Shown here in pieces: positions 16,903 through 25,675 of a stretch of 63,268 bases of DNA (position 1 is the first letter of the stretch; each line of letters opens with the position of its first letter). The notes below the pieces were generated by a model. It was not told the DNA's origin and did not search any database. It saw nothing but the letters and a program-made list of their open reading frames with translations. The stretch lies in contig JBNLBP010000001.1 in the NCBI GenBank assembly GCA_050302495.1, forward strand, positions 1 through 63,268. Direction: 5' to 3'. Source of the stretch: Candidatus Pacearchaeota archaeon (GTDB taxonomy: Archaea > Nanobdellota > Nanobdellia > Pacearchaeales > GW2011-AR1). The position numbers were made by a program, and so were the translations under genes.

Positions 16903-17379
16903 TTGGTTTTTATGATTAAAGCGGTTATTTTTGATATTGGAGGCGTTCTTTTAGAGGATCCCAAGGATGCTGAAAAATTCTGGAAGTGGAAGCCCGAATC
17001 AATAGAAATAAGGAAACAATTTGGAGAAAATAAGATATCTATTGAAGAATTTATTTCAAAGGGTTCAAATCTTTTAGGTATGAGTAAAGAAGAGTTTTTG
17101 GATAAATATAAAGAAGAATATTTGGGCACCAAGCCAATGAAGGAAATGTATGACTTTTATTTGGGATTGCAAATTGAAAAATATATACTATCTGATACAA
17201 ATCCTATCTATATGGATTATGTAAAAGAAAATTATAATGAATTGATTGATAGTGCTAAAAAGGCCTATTTTTCTATTGATACAGGGTTGAGGAAAGATAG
17301 TGATGAAGTTTTTAAGAAAGTTCTGAAAGAAATAAATCTTGAGCCGGAAGAGGTAGTATTCATAGATAATAAAGAATAG
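16903..17379 (+). CDS. HAD-superfamily hydrolase-like protein, interrupted by an in-frame TAG (possible pseudogene)
   Basis: Degenerate motif I AVIFDIGGVL; ORF ends VVFIDNKE-TAG and the same frame continues IIDIALGIGINAIQFKS... to 17475, i.e. HAD motif IV is split by the stop. Confidence 0.5.
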   Translation: MVFMIKAVIFDIGGVLLEDPKDAEKFWKWKPESIEIRKQFGENKISIEEFISKGSNLLGMSKEEFLDKYKEEYLGTKPMKEMYDFYLGLQIEKYILSDTNPIYMDYVKENYNELIDSAKKAYFSIDTGLRKDSDEVFKKVLKEINLEPEEVVFIDNKE

Positions 17380-17514
17380 ATAATTGACATTGCTTTGGGA
17401 ATTGGAATAAACGCAATTCAATTTAAGAGCTTAGGAAAATTAAAAGAGGATCTTTCTAAATTTGGAATACAGTAATTTTATAAATGAAATTCTCATTTAG
17501 TTAAAGAGGTCAAA

Positions 17515-18918
17515 ATGAATTTTACGGTTATTGATATTGGTTTGTTAATATTATTTGTAATCTTTATGTCTGTGTTCTTATACAAAAATAAGAAGAATTT
17601 GACAAAAGATGGACTCATGTATTTGTACAGAACAAAATGGGGAATGAATCTTATTGATAAAACAGGAAAGAAATATCAAAAGACTTTGAAGTTCTTGAGT
17701 TACATCTCAATAACTGTTGGCTATATTCTTATGGCAAGTATCCTTTACTTGTTTGGAAAGATAATTTATTTGTATGTTGCATTCCCTTCTATTGTTAAGG
17801 CGATAAAAATCCCTCCGATTACCCCCTTAGTTCCTTATATTGATAAATTAGTACCAGATTTGGGATTACCTAGCTTCAGATTTGTTTATTGGATTATTAT
17901 ATTGGCAATAATTGCGATATCTCATGAGTTTGCTCACGGTATATTTATGAGAAGATATAACATAAAAATAAAATCTACTGGATTCGGGTTTTTTCCTTTC
18001 TTCTTACCTATATTTTTGGCAGCATTTGTTGAGCAAGATGAGAGGAGTATGAATAAATCAACAACTTTCCACCAGCTTTCCGTTTTGTCTGCGGGAACAT
18101 TTGCAAATATATTAACAACAATATTATTTGGACTAATAATGGCCGGATTCTTTGTTTTGAGTTTCTCTGCAGCAGGAGTTCAGTTTAATACGTATGCTTA
18201 TTCTACAATAAATGTATCGGGTATTGATTCGATTAATGGGAATTATCTAGATAATCCGACTTTTGATCAATTATTGGAATTAACTGAAAGTATGGGTTAC
18301 AATAATATAACTTACAATGGAGAGAGTTACTTGATTAAGAAAGACGGTCTTGTTGAATCTAACGGACAAATATTAGCATATTACTCTGCACCTGCAATAA
18401 ATTCTAAGTTAAAGGGTGCAATTACAGGGATAGATGGAATGGAAATAAAAGATTGGAGTGCGTTAGGGGAAGAACTGAACAGACATTCTCCGGGGGATAG
18501 CATTACAATAACAACTACTGAAGGAGATTACAACATTGTTCTTGGAGAAAACCCCGAATATTTGGATAAACCTTGGGCGGGAATAGGATATGTTGAAAAT
18601 GCAAGAAAAGGAATAATTGGGAGATTTATAGGTTGGATATCTTCTTTCAACGATCAAAGTATTTACTACAAGCCAAATTATGAATTTGCAGGATTTATTT
18701 ATGATTTATTGTGGTGGTTGGTATTAATTTCGTTCAGTGTTGCACTAGTTAATATGTTACCTATGGGTATCTTTGATGGAGGAAAATTCTTCTATTTGAC
18801 AATCTTTGCATTAACAGGAAGTAAGAGAAAAGCAGAGAAATGGTTTAAGGGAGTTACAAAATTCTTGTTGTTCTTGTTATTAGTATTAATGGTATTCTGG
18901 GTTATTGGAGTTGTTTAA
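17515..18918 (+). CDS. site-2 protease, M50 family membrane metalloprotease with PDZ domain
   Basis: HExxH (AISHEFAHGIF) in TM segment, later NMLPMGIFDGG (LDG motif), multiple TMs, central PDZ-like region. Confidence 0.8.
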   Translation: MNFTVIDIGLLILFVIFMSVFLYKNKKNLTKDGLMYLYRTKWGMNLIDKTGKKYQKTLKFLSYISITVGYILMASILYLFGKIIYLYVAFPSIVKAIKIPPITPLVPYIDKLVPDLGLPSFRFVYWIIILAIIAISHEFAHGIFMRRYNIKIKSTGFGFFPFFLPIFLAAFVEQDERSMNKSTTFHQLSVLSAGTFANILTTILFGLIMAGFFVLSFSAAGVQFNTYAYSTINVSGIDSINGNYLDNPTFDQLLELTESMGYNNITYNGESYLIKKDGLVESNGQILAYYSAPAINSKLKGAITGIDGMEIKDWSALGEELNRHSPGDSITITTTEGDYNIVLGENPEYLDKPWAGIGYVENARKGIIGRFIGWISSFNDQSIYYKPNYEFAGFIYDLLWWLVLISFSVALVNMLPMGIFDGGKFFYLTIFALTGSKRKAEKWFKGVTKFLLFLLLVLMVFWVIGVV

Positions 18919-19229
18919 TTTTTATTTTCTGAATAAAACTCTTTGTAGAAATTTGTGAAGACTTTTCTTTCTTCATCAGTTAAATATCTCTTTAACTCGA
19001 AAGTGTATCCCGTGTCTCCACCATCGTATTCGACTTTTTGCTTTTTCTCCACAGCTGCAAATGCATTCCAGTCCTGATCAATGGCAATTATTGTTTCAGA
19101 GGGATAAATCCTTAATCCTTCTTTTAACCCCTTGATAAACACCCTTCCCTTGGATTCAATCTCTTTCCTAATCTCTTTTTCCAACTTATTTATTTTCAAG
19201 ACGTGATTGAATTCGAGTTTTGTTCCCAT
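18915..19229 (-). CDS. hypothetical protein
   Basis: 104-aa ORF overlapping the S2P stop by 4 nt. Confidence 0.4.
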   Translation of the reverse strand: MGTKLEFNHVLKINKLEKEIRKEIESKGRVFIKGLKEGLRIYPSETIIAIDQDWNAFAAVEKKQKVEYDGGDTGYTFELKRYLTDEERKVFTNFYKEFYSENKN

Positions 19230-19230
19230 T

Positions 19231-19818
19231 TTATTGGCCCAAAGTATCTTCTTTTATTTTTGTGAGTATTTCTCTTACTTCATCGATATTTGTCCCATCA
19301 TATCTAGTTACTTGAGGGTGGACATAACTTTCGTTTAATTTATTAGCAGGCATGATAACATGTCCATTCTTTCTCCATTTAAGCCATTTCTCAATATACC
19401 CTGGATAGTCATCAACAAGGACCTTTGCATAAACTAAACCCTTGTCTCTTGTAAAAGTACGATCAAAATCTTCTCCAAGATGTTTGTCAATACACTTATG
19501 TTTTCCAGACCAAGCTGCAGATTTTTTTCTTGGTCCTTGAGTTAAGATCATATTTCTATATCCTAAAGATTTTGTGATGTTCAATACATCCCATCCCAAC
19601 TGAAATACAGGCATATCAGCCCAAAAAGATTCTTGACTCGTGATCAAGTCGATTCTATTTTGTAAATAAACCGGATTATCATTAAAATTAAAATCAATTT
19701 TGGGTTCATTTGGAGATCTTATCTTTTCTAACTCAAATTCTAGAGACCCTTCATAATCAAAGAGAGTTCCATCCATATCATATAAAGCTATTAAATCTGG
19801 TTGCATTTTACAAATCAA
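19231..19818 (-). CDS. HAD-superfamily 5'-nucleotidase-like hydrolase (NT5C-like)
   Basis: Motif I LYDMDGTLFDY, motif IV VLVDDYPGYI, ~195 aa as in 5'(3')-deoxyribonucleotidases. Confidence 0.5.
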   Translation of the reverse strand: MICKMQPDLIALYDMDGTLFDYEGSLEFELEKIRSPNEPKIDFNFNDNPVYLQNRIDLITSQESFWADMPVFQLGWDVLNITKSLGYRNMILTQGPRKKSAAWSGKHKCIDKHLGEDFDRTFTRDKGLVYAKVLVDDYPGYIEKWLKWRKNGHVIMPANKLNESYVHPQVTRYDGTNIDEVREILTKIKEDTLGQ

Positions 19819-20158
19819 TAACGCCTTCTTTTGTTAAAGCAGCGAATCTTACTCCAATAGGGAGGTTAATCAAGGCAGAGATTAAAGCCATGTGTTCTTT
19901 TCCATCTCCCGAAGCTATAGAACAAGCAACTTCCATACCTTCAAATTTTCCTTTAAGCTTCTTTTGAAGATCTTCCTTAAGCTCTCTTATCTTTTGATTT
20001 AAATCTACTTTTACAAACTCAAATTTTTTTTCATGAGTGAACTGTTTTGCAAAGTCATCTCCAATAAGAACAATTTTATCCCAATCTCCGTGCTTCATTA
20101 GCCCAGAAACTTGAGCCCAGGTTCCCTCTCCTTTTGATAATAGACAAATTAATTCCAT
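19808..20158 (-). CDS. hypothetical protein
   Basis: 116-aa ORF in operon-like array on minus strand. Confidence 0.4.
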   Translation of the reverse strand: MELICLLSKGEGTWAQVSGLMKHGDWDKIVLIGDDFAKQFTHEKKFEFVKVDLNQKIRELKEDLQKKLKGKFEGMEVACSIASGDGKEHMALISALINLPIGVRFAALTKEGVIDL

Positions 20159-20159
20159 T

Positions 20160-20465
20160 TTAAATTACCCAGTTTGGAACCCCTCTATTTTCTTTCTGCA
20201 CCTCGGAGAGATATCGGGAATTTATCAAGGTGTATGGAGCATCATAAGCTATAGCAAATCCCCTTTCCCAAGAATCAAGATCTTCTTTTGATCTTGATGA
20301 ATCCCCATAAGTTTTTTCCGATAATTTAACATATTTATTGATTAAATTTTTTGCCTTAACTTTATCAAAAACACCTTCATTTGAAAGCATCTCCATTTGT
20401 TCACATATTTCATCTAGCATTCCGATATAGACTTTATCTCTAATAGAATTGTGAGTTGTTTCCAT
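20160..20465 (-). CDS. hypothetical protein
   Basis: 101-aa ORF. Confidence 0.4.
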   Translation of the reverse strand: METTHNSIRDKVYIGMLDEICEQMEMLSNEGVFDKVKAKNLINKYVKLSEKTYGDSSRSKEDLDSWERGFAIAYDAPYTLINSRYLSEVQKENRGVPNWVI

Positions 20466-20544
20466 ATCTTGAAAATGATGATCTTATTTTTAAGGATTGT
20501 TGTATTGGCAAAGATAAATAAATCCGAATTTCCTAATTTGATTT

Positions 20545-21420
20545 ATGGAAAAAAAGGTGTGTTTAGTGACTGGTGCTAATGGAGGGATAGGGAAGGAAAC
20601 ATCTTTGGCTTTTGCTAAGCTTGGATACAAGGTTTTGATGGTTTGTAGGGATAAAGAGAAAGGAGAGGAAGCTAGAAAAAAAGTTATTTCTGAAAGCGAG
20701 AATAAGGACATAGATCTATTGATTGGAGATTTAGGTTCGTTTAAATCAATAAGAAGACTGGCTAAGACTGTTAATTCAAAATATAGGAAATTAGATATTT
20801 TGGTTAATAATGCAGGAATATTCTTTTCGGATCTTGGCTATACCGAGGATAAAATTGAAAGACAGTTTCAGATAAATTATTTATCTCCTTTTTTATTAAC
20901 AAACCTTCTTGAGAAAGCTCTTGAGAGATCGGGACATGCCAAAGTTCTCAATGTAGCATCTCATGCCCATGAAAGAGTTAAAGGGATAAATTTTGGTGAC
21001 ATTTACCTAAAGAAACATTATAATGGTTTGATTGCATACTCTCAATCAAAATTAGCGGTAGTTATGTCTACTTTTGAATTAGCTAAAAGATGGAAGGATA
21101 AAAATATTAGAGTTAATTGTTTACATCCAGGGAAGATTTCTAGCAACATAGCGACTAAACATGCTTCAGGGATATATACTTGGATATGGAAGATTGCGAA
21201 ACCTTTTTTTTCTAGTCCAGAGAAAGCCGCAGAGGCCATCGTCTATATAACAACCTCTAAAGAAACAGAGAATGTTACTGGAGAGTATTTTGTTAAGAAG
21301 AAGGTTAGAAAGAGTTCAAAGGAATCTCATAATCAAGAGTCAATAGACAAATTATGGAAATTGAGCAGGAAATTGGCTAAATTGCCAACCGAGAGATTGT
21401 CTAAGAATCGGGACTTATAG
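20545..21420 (+). CDS. short-chain dehydrogenase/reductase (SDR)
   Basis: TGANGGIGKE Rossmann motif, NNAG, catalytic YSQSK (YxxxK); ends with TAG stop. Confidence 0.85.
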   Translation: MEKKVCLVTGANGGIGKETSLAFAKLGYKVLMVCRDKEKGEEARKKVISESENKDIDLLIGDLGSFKSIRRLAKTVNSKYRKLDILVNNAGIFFSDLGYTEDKIERQFQINYLSPFLLTNLLEKALERSGHAKVLNVASHAHERVKGINFGDIYLKKHYNGLIAYSQSKLAVVMSTFELAKRWKDKNIRVNCLHPGKISSNIATKHASGIYTWIWKIAKPFFSSPEKAAEAIVYITTSKETENVTGEYFVKKKVRKSSKESHNQESIDKLWKLSRKLAKLPTERLSKNRDL

Positions 21421-21499
21421 ATAAAAACAACAACTCTGTCAAATGGCAGGAGTTTTTAGAAATAATATATTTTTTAACTAAGGTTCTTTTAATTTTTCT

Positions 21500-21781
21500 A
21501 TGGGAAAAAAGAAAAATGAAGCAAAAATGAGAGAACTAGGAGATATTTCTCAGGAAGTGAGAAAACTAGAGCGTTCTTTAGATTTTAAAGAAAATTTGGT
21601 TGCAGGGATAATCTCGGGAGTGGTTGTTACCCTATTTTTTACAATTTCAGATTATGCTACTCGCTTTGGATTAACAGGATTTCTTGTTTTTATATTCTTA
21701 ATGATTGTAGGAATAAGACTCTTTACTCTAAAGGAAGAAAAAACAATCAAGCGTTTAAAAAAACGTCTTGCAGAAATTTAA
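21500..21781 (+). CDS. small membrane protein
   Basis: 93 aa, two hydrophobic helices. Confidence 0.4.
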   Translation: MGKKKNEAKMRELGDISQEVRKLERSLDFKENLVAGIISGVVVTLFFTISDYATRFGLTGFLVFIFLMIVGIRLFTLKEEKTIKRLKKRLAEI

Positions 21782-21791
21782 GGAATGATAT

Positions 21792-22181
21792 TTAGAATAC
21801 TGGGTTTTGGAAATAACTTAAAAATAATTGTGCTAAACTGACAACTATAGACATTCCTCCAATAACAACTGCAACCCATTTAAAAATATCTACTCTCTTT
21901 CTGGTTGATAAAGAGGAAGCAAGTTGGGCACCTTTTCCTGTGAGAGAATAACCAAGAACCTCTTTTTCACCTATTTTAATCTTCCAAAATTTTATGATTC
22001 CATCCTCTTTTAGCTGATTCCTTATTTCTGTAGCTACGTCAGGATCGAATTCAGATTCAATAATCCCGTAATATTTATGTGCAGGATAACCTCTTAAGAA
22101 ATCTATCAAAATAGATTTTACTTTCTTGTACATACTTATTTCTCTTATCCTGTCCCCCTTAATGCGTTGTTCCATTTTCAA
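21792..22181 (-). CDS. winged-helix-like protein with C-terminal TM anchor
   Basis: 129 aa; YSLTGKGAQLA wing-like motif; C-terminal TM VAVVIGGMSIVVSLAQLFL. Confidence 0.35.
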   Translation of the reverse strand: MKMEQRIKGDRIREISMYKKVKSILIDFLRGYPAHKYYGIIESEFDPDVATEIRNQLKEDGIIKFWKIKIGEKEVLGYSLTGKGAQLASSLSTRKRVDIFKWVAVVIGGMSIVVSLAQLFLSYFQNPVF

Positions 22182-22437
22182 TACTGTTCAACAGCAAATT
22201 TTCCCATTTATTAACATTATTGAGATGTATACCACATTTCTCAGAAGGTGTTGTTCCATCTCTTACGTTCTTTCTCATAACTCCCGCCATTTGACACCCT
22301 TTTTAGCTCCCGATTTCTTGACAAACCCGGCAACCGAATGATTTATAAATCAAAGAAATCTCTGAAAAACTATCGCTAAACTACATCGTTGATGTATACT
22401 TTCTAGGACATCGGCGCATCATGTAGGAGATAACAAT

Positions 22438-23067
22438 ATGGAATTAGACGAACAGTTTAAGAAGGCATTAGAAGAATTGAAAAATTCTAAGGAAAGAAAG
22501 TTTAATCAGACAGTGGAACTTATAATAAATCTACAGAAATTTGATGTTAAAAAGACTCCTTTGAATATTTTTGTTAATGTTCCTCATAAAGTTAAGGAAA
22601 AAAGAGTAGGTGCATTCTTGGAAAGTAAGAATGATAAAGTTGATACAATTGTTCCAGATCAATTTAAGAAATTTTCTTCTAAAAATGAGTTAAAGAAGCT
22701 TGTTAAGAATTATGATTTCTTTATAGCTCAAGGAAGCCTTATGCCAAAGGTTGCTGCTTCGTTTGGTAGAGCCTTGGGACCTGCGGGAAAAATGCCATCT
22801 CCACAATTAGGAATAATCTTGAATGCTGATGAAAAAACTATTTCTGAACTTAAAGAAAAAATCAATACAAGTGTTAGAATAAGAACTAAAGAATCAAGCA
22901 TAAAACTTGCGGTAGGAAAACAAGATATGAAAACAGAGGATTTGATTGAAAATATGAGTACAATCTTTGCTGAAGTCTTAAAACACCTTCCAAGGGAAAG
23001 AGAGAACATAAAGAATATTGAAGTAAAACTTACAATGAGTAAACCTCAAAAAATAGCAATAAGATAA
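22438..23067 (+). CDS. rpl1: ribosomal protein L1 (uL1)
   Basis: 209 aa; FDVKKTPLNIFVNVPH..., GRALGPAGKMPSPQLG match uL1. Confidence 0.85.
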   Translation: MELDEQFKKALEELKNSKERKFNQTVELIINLQKFDVKKTPLNIFVNVPHKVKEKRVGAFLESKNDKVDTIVPDQFKKFSSKNELKKLVKNYDFFIAQGSLMPKVAASFGRALGPAGKMPSPQLGIILNADEKTISELKEKINTSVRIRTKESSIKLAVGKQDMKTEDLIENMSTIFAEVLKHLPRERENIKNIEVKLTMSKPQKIAIR

Positions 23068-23068
23068 A

Positions 23069-23986
23069 ATGGCAGAAAGTAAAACAGTACCAAATATTCC
23101 AGAATTTAAGAAAGAAACGGTTAGTGAACTTGGAAAGCTGATGAAAGAAAAGGGAACAATTTTAGTTGCATCAATAAAGAACATTCCAGGAAATCAATTT
23201 CAAGAAATTTCTAAGAAATTGAGAGGAAAGGCTATCGTTAAGGTTCCCAAAAAGAGTTTAATATTTAGAGCTATTGAAGGATTAAAAAATGAAGATTTGA
23301 ATAAGATAAAGGAAAACATAGATGATAGTTTTGCACTTTTATTTTCAGATATTGATGCTTTTGAACTTGCAGGAATACTTTTGAGAAATAAGACTCCTGC
23401 TAAAGCTAAACCAGGGCAGATTGCTCCAGAAGATATAGAGATTGAGGCTGGACCAACAGAACTTCTTCCAGGACCAGCTATTTCAGAGTTGGGAGCTGTA
23501 GGATTGAAAGTTCAAGTTGAAGGAGGAAAATTATCAATTAAGGAAAACAAAGTTATAGTTAAGAAAGGGGAAGAAATATCTCAGAAGGCTGCAGATATAA
23601 TGAGCAAATTGGATATTAAGCCATTCTCAATAGGATTTGTTCCATTATGTGGTTTAGACGTTAAGAATAAAGTATTCTACCAAGAAATTGTAATTGATAC
23701 AGAAGGGACACTTGCAAACTTGAAATATGCTTATGGAAAGGCATTGCCATTTGCTGTTGAAATCGGATATATCTCTAATGACACTGTAAAGGTTATGATC
23801 ATGAAGGCTGGATCACAGGCTAAGAGAATTAATAGAATAATTACTGGTGAGCCTGAAGAGGTTGTTCCTGAAACAGGAGTAGAAGAAGTAAAAGAAGAAT
23901 CAAAAGATGCTCAAGAGAGCACAAGCGAAAAAAAGGAGGAGCCTAAGGCGGACGCTGGTGCTGGACTTAGTGCTTTATTCGGATAA
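23069..23986 (+). CDS. rplP0: ribosomal protein L10 / acidic P0 (uL10)
   Basis: 305 aa; C-terminal acidic tail ending GAGLSALFG. Confidence 0.85.
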   Translation: MAESKTVPNIPEFKKETVSELGKLMKEKGTILVASIKNIPGNQFQEISKKLRGKAIVKVPKKSLIFRAIEGLKNEDLNKIKENIDDSFALLFSDIDAFELAGILLRNKTPAKAKPGQIAPEDIEIEAGPTELLPGPAISELGAVGLKVQVEGGKLSIKENKVIVKKGEEISQKAADIMSKLDIKPFSIGFVPLCGLDVKNKVFYQEIVIDTEGTLANLKYAYGKALPFAVEIGYISNDTVKVMIMKAGSQAKRINRIITGEPEEVVPETGVEEVKEESKDAQESTSEKKEEPKADAGAGLSALFG

Positions 23987-23987
23987 A

Positions 23988-24305
23988 ATGACTAATATAG
24001 TAACTTATTTGCAAGATTTTGGAAAATTAGAAACTGGTAGAAAAGATAACAACAATAATTATTATTGTGAGCTTAAATACGGAAATGAGGTTATAAGGGG
24101 CGAGGGTAAGACCCAAGAAGAAGCTAAGGAGAATTTTGTAAAGAAGGTCAATGGTGAAAGAAATAATCTAATAAGAAAATCTTCAGATTTAGAGTATATA
24201 GCTGAAACAATGGTATCTGTAAAAGACCCTGATAAAGCTACAGATTATATTCTTGATTACTTCAAGACTCAAACTCTCCAAAATAAAATGGAGGGAGGAA
24301 ACTAA
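23988..24305 (+). CDS. small hypothetical protein (YegP/DUF1508-like or dsRBD-like motif) inserted between L10 and L12
   Basis: 105 aa from the internal ATG directly after the L10 stop (the 23907 start would overlap L10 out of frame); motif [30 protein letters not shown]. Confidence 0.5.
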   Translation: MTNIVTYLQDFGKLETGRKDNNNNYYCELKYGNEVIRGEGKTQEEAKENFVKKVNGERNNLIRKSSDLEYIAETMVSVKDPDKATDYILDYFKTQTLQNKMEGGN

Positions 24306-24307
24306 AA

Positions 24308-24598
24308 ATGGAATACATCTATGCGGCACTTTTACTGCACAAAGCAGGAAAGGAAGTTAATGAAGCGAATGTGAAAAGTGTTGTTGCGGCTGCTGGTGTA
24401 AGTGTTGATGATGCAAAAATCAAATCACTTATCGCTAGTTTAGATGGTGTGGACATAGACAAAGAACTTGAATCTGCAAGTATGATGTCTGCTGCTCCTG
24501 CAAGTGCTAGTGCACCTGCTGAAGCTAAGAAAGAAGAAGCGCCAAAAGAAGAGAAGAAAGAAGCTGCAGCTGAAGGTCTTGGTGCATTGTTCGGTTAA
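24308..24598 (+). CDS. rpl12: ribosomal protein L12 / P1 stalk protein
   Basis: 96 aa; [18 protein letters not shown]-terminus, Ala-rich hinge, C-terminal [16 protein letters not shown]. Confidence 0.85.
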   Translation: MEYIYAALLLHKAGKEVNEANVKSVVAAAGVSVDDAKIKSLIASLDGVDIDKELESASMMSAAPASASAPAEAKKEEAPKEEKKEAAAEGLGALFG

Positions 24599-24709
24599 GT
24601 TTTGTTAGAATTACAAACGAATGCATCAAGTCAACTTTTCTAGTTGTGCTTGTACATTACTTCCTTGAAGGTTAAGTATAGTTGGCGATTGATCACATTT
24701 TTTTAGAAT

Positions 24710-25033
24710 ATGGCAAAGGAATACTTTATGATTAAAGGGAAGTACAATTTCTATGTTTCAAGGGATGAACAAGGAACAATTGAAGATTTTAGGCACCCTG
24801 GAAACAAACTGGATTTTTTGAAAGTAACTTTAGAAGATGATACTTATTCTTGCAACTTAAAAGATTACAAAATAAAAAAAGTGTCCCGGGAAGATCTTGA
24901 ATGGTCTATAGACGATGAAGCTCAACTTGAAGGGTGGGAAAGATTTTTCAACGCAACTGCGAAGGAAGGCCCGAAATTTTGTTTTGATGAAACAGGCAAC
25001 CTTGTAATGATTGAGGATGTGAAGAAGAGATGA
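24710..25033 (+). CDS. hypothetical protein
   Basis: 107-aa ORF. Confidence 0.4.
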   Translation: MAKEYFMIKGKYNFYVSRDEQGTIEDFRHPGNKLDFLKVTLEDDTYSCNLKDYKIKKVSREDLEWSIDDEAQLEGWERFFNATAKEGPKFCFDETGNLVMIEDVKKR

Positions 25034-25203
25034 ATAAAAAAGAATTATTTGGTTTCTTGACAGTAATTCTCCTTATGGCTGGTTTATTTACACAGCAAGA
25101 TACAGAACAGTGGAAAATTTTGCATTTTTTGGCCTAATTTCTTTAGGTATTTGGTAGTTTATTAAATAGAAAAATATAAAAAAAAGGTTTTGTTCGTAAC
25201 GTT

Positions 25204-25632
25204 ATGAAAAGAGGGACTAGAATAACTTTAATCGTTTTGGGAGTTATAATCTTTCTTGGGATAATCTGGGGATCAATAATCCTTGTAACTACAAACGATA
25301 AAGAATCAGAAACCCCACAAACTCTTGCCGAAAGAGCAATAGAGCAGAATAACGGTTCAATTTGTAATGAAGCTGGAGGCACATATAGAAGCGGGAGGGT
25401 GGATGATTGTCGATTAGAATTTTATATCGCGAAAGGAGATTTACAAGGTTGTGGCAATCTTTATTATCTTGGAGATGAGAAGATTTGCTATGGCAAAATA
25501 ACTCTCAAAGAAGGGGTTGAAAGATGTGAAGAATTGTCTGATGAATATTACAAAGAAATTTGCTATAAGGGATATGAATGTTACCAAATTGGAGAGGGGC
25601 CTGAGAGGTCTGATTGTATTAACCTTGTTTGA
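25204..25632 (+). CDS. membrane-anchored Cys-rich extracellular protein
   Basis: N-terminal TM ITLIVLGVIIFLGIIWGSIILV; 12 Cys in a 110-aa ectodomain. Confidence 0.45.
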   Translation: MKRGTRITLIVLGVIIFLGIIWGSIILVTTNDKESETPQTLAERAIEQNNGSICNEAGGTYRSGRVDDCRLEFYIAKGDLQGCGNLYYLGDEKICYGKITLKEGVERCEELSDEYYKEICYKGYECYQIGEGPERSDCINLV

Positions 25633-25675
25633 ACCTCCACAAAACTTATAACTATGTTTAGTTTTTGAAGGATTC

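Noticed and set aside
17377-17379. TAG in the HAD gene as a recoded sense codon (e.g. pyrrolysine) or alternative genetic code
   Set aside because: TAG clearly terminates other well-defined genes in the window (SDR gene at 21418-21420, FkbM methyltransferase at 54366-54368). A genome-wide reassignment is therefore excluded, and a local nonsense mutation or sequencing error is more parsimonious
22126-22341. 71-aa plus-strand ORF in the L1 upstream region
   Set aside because: Falls in a promoter/leader region. It starts inside the divergent minus-strand gene, has no ribosome-binding site and has atypical composition. It is more likely non-coding regulatory sequence
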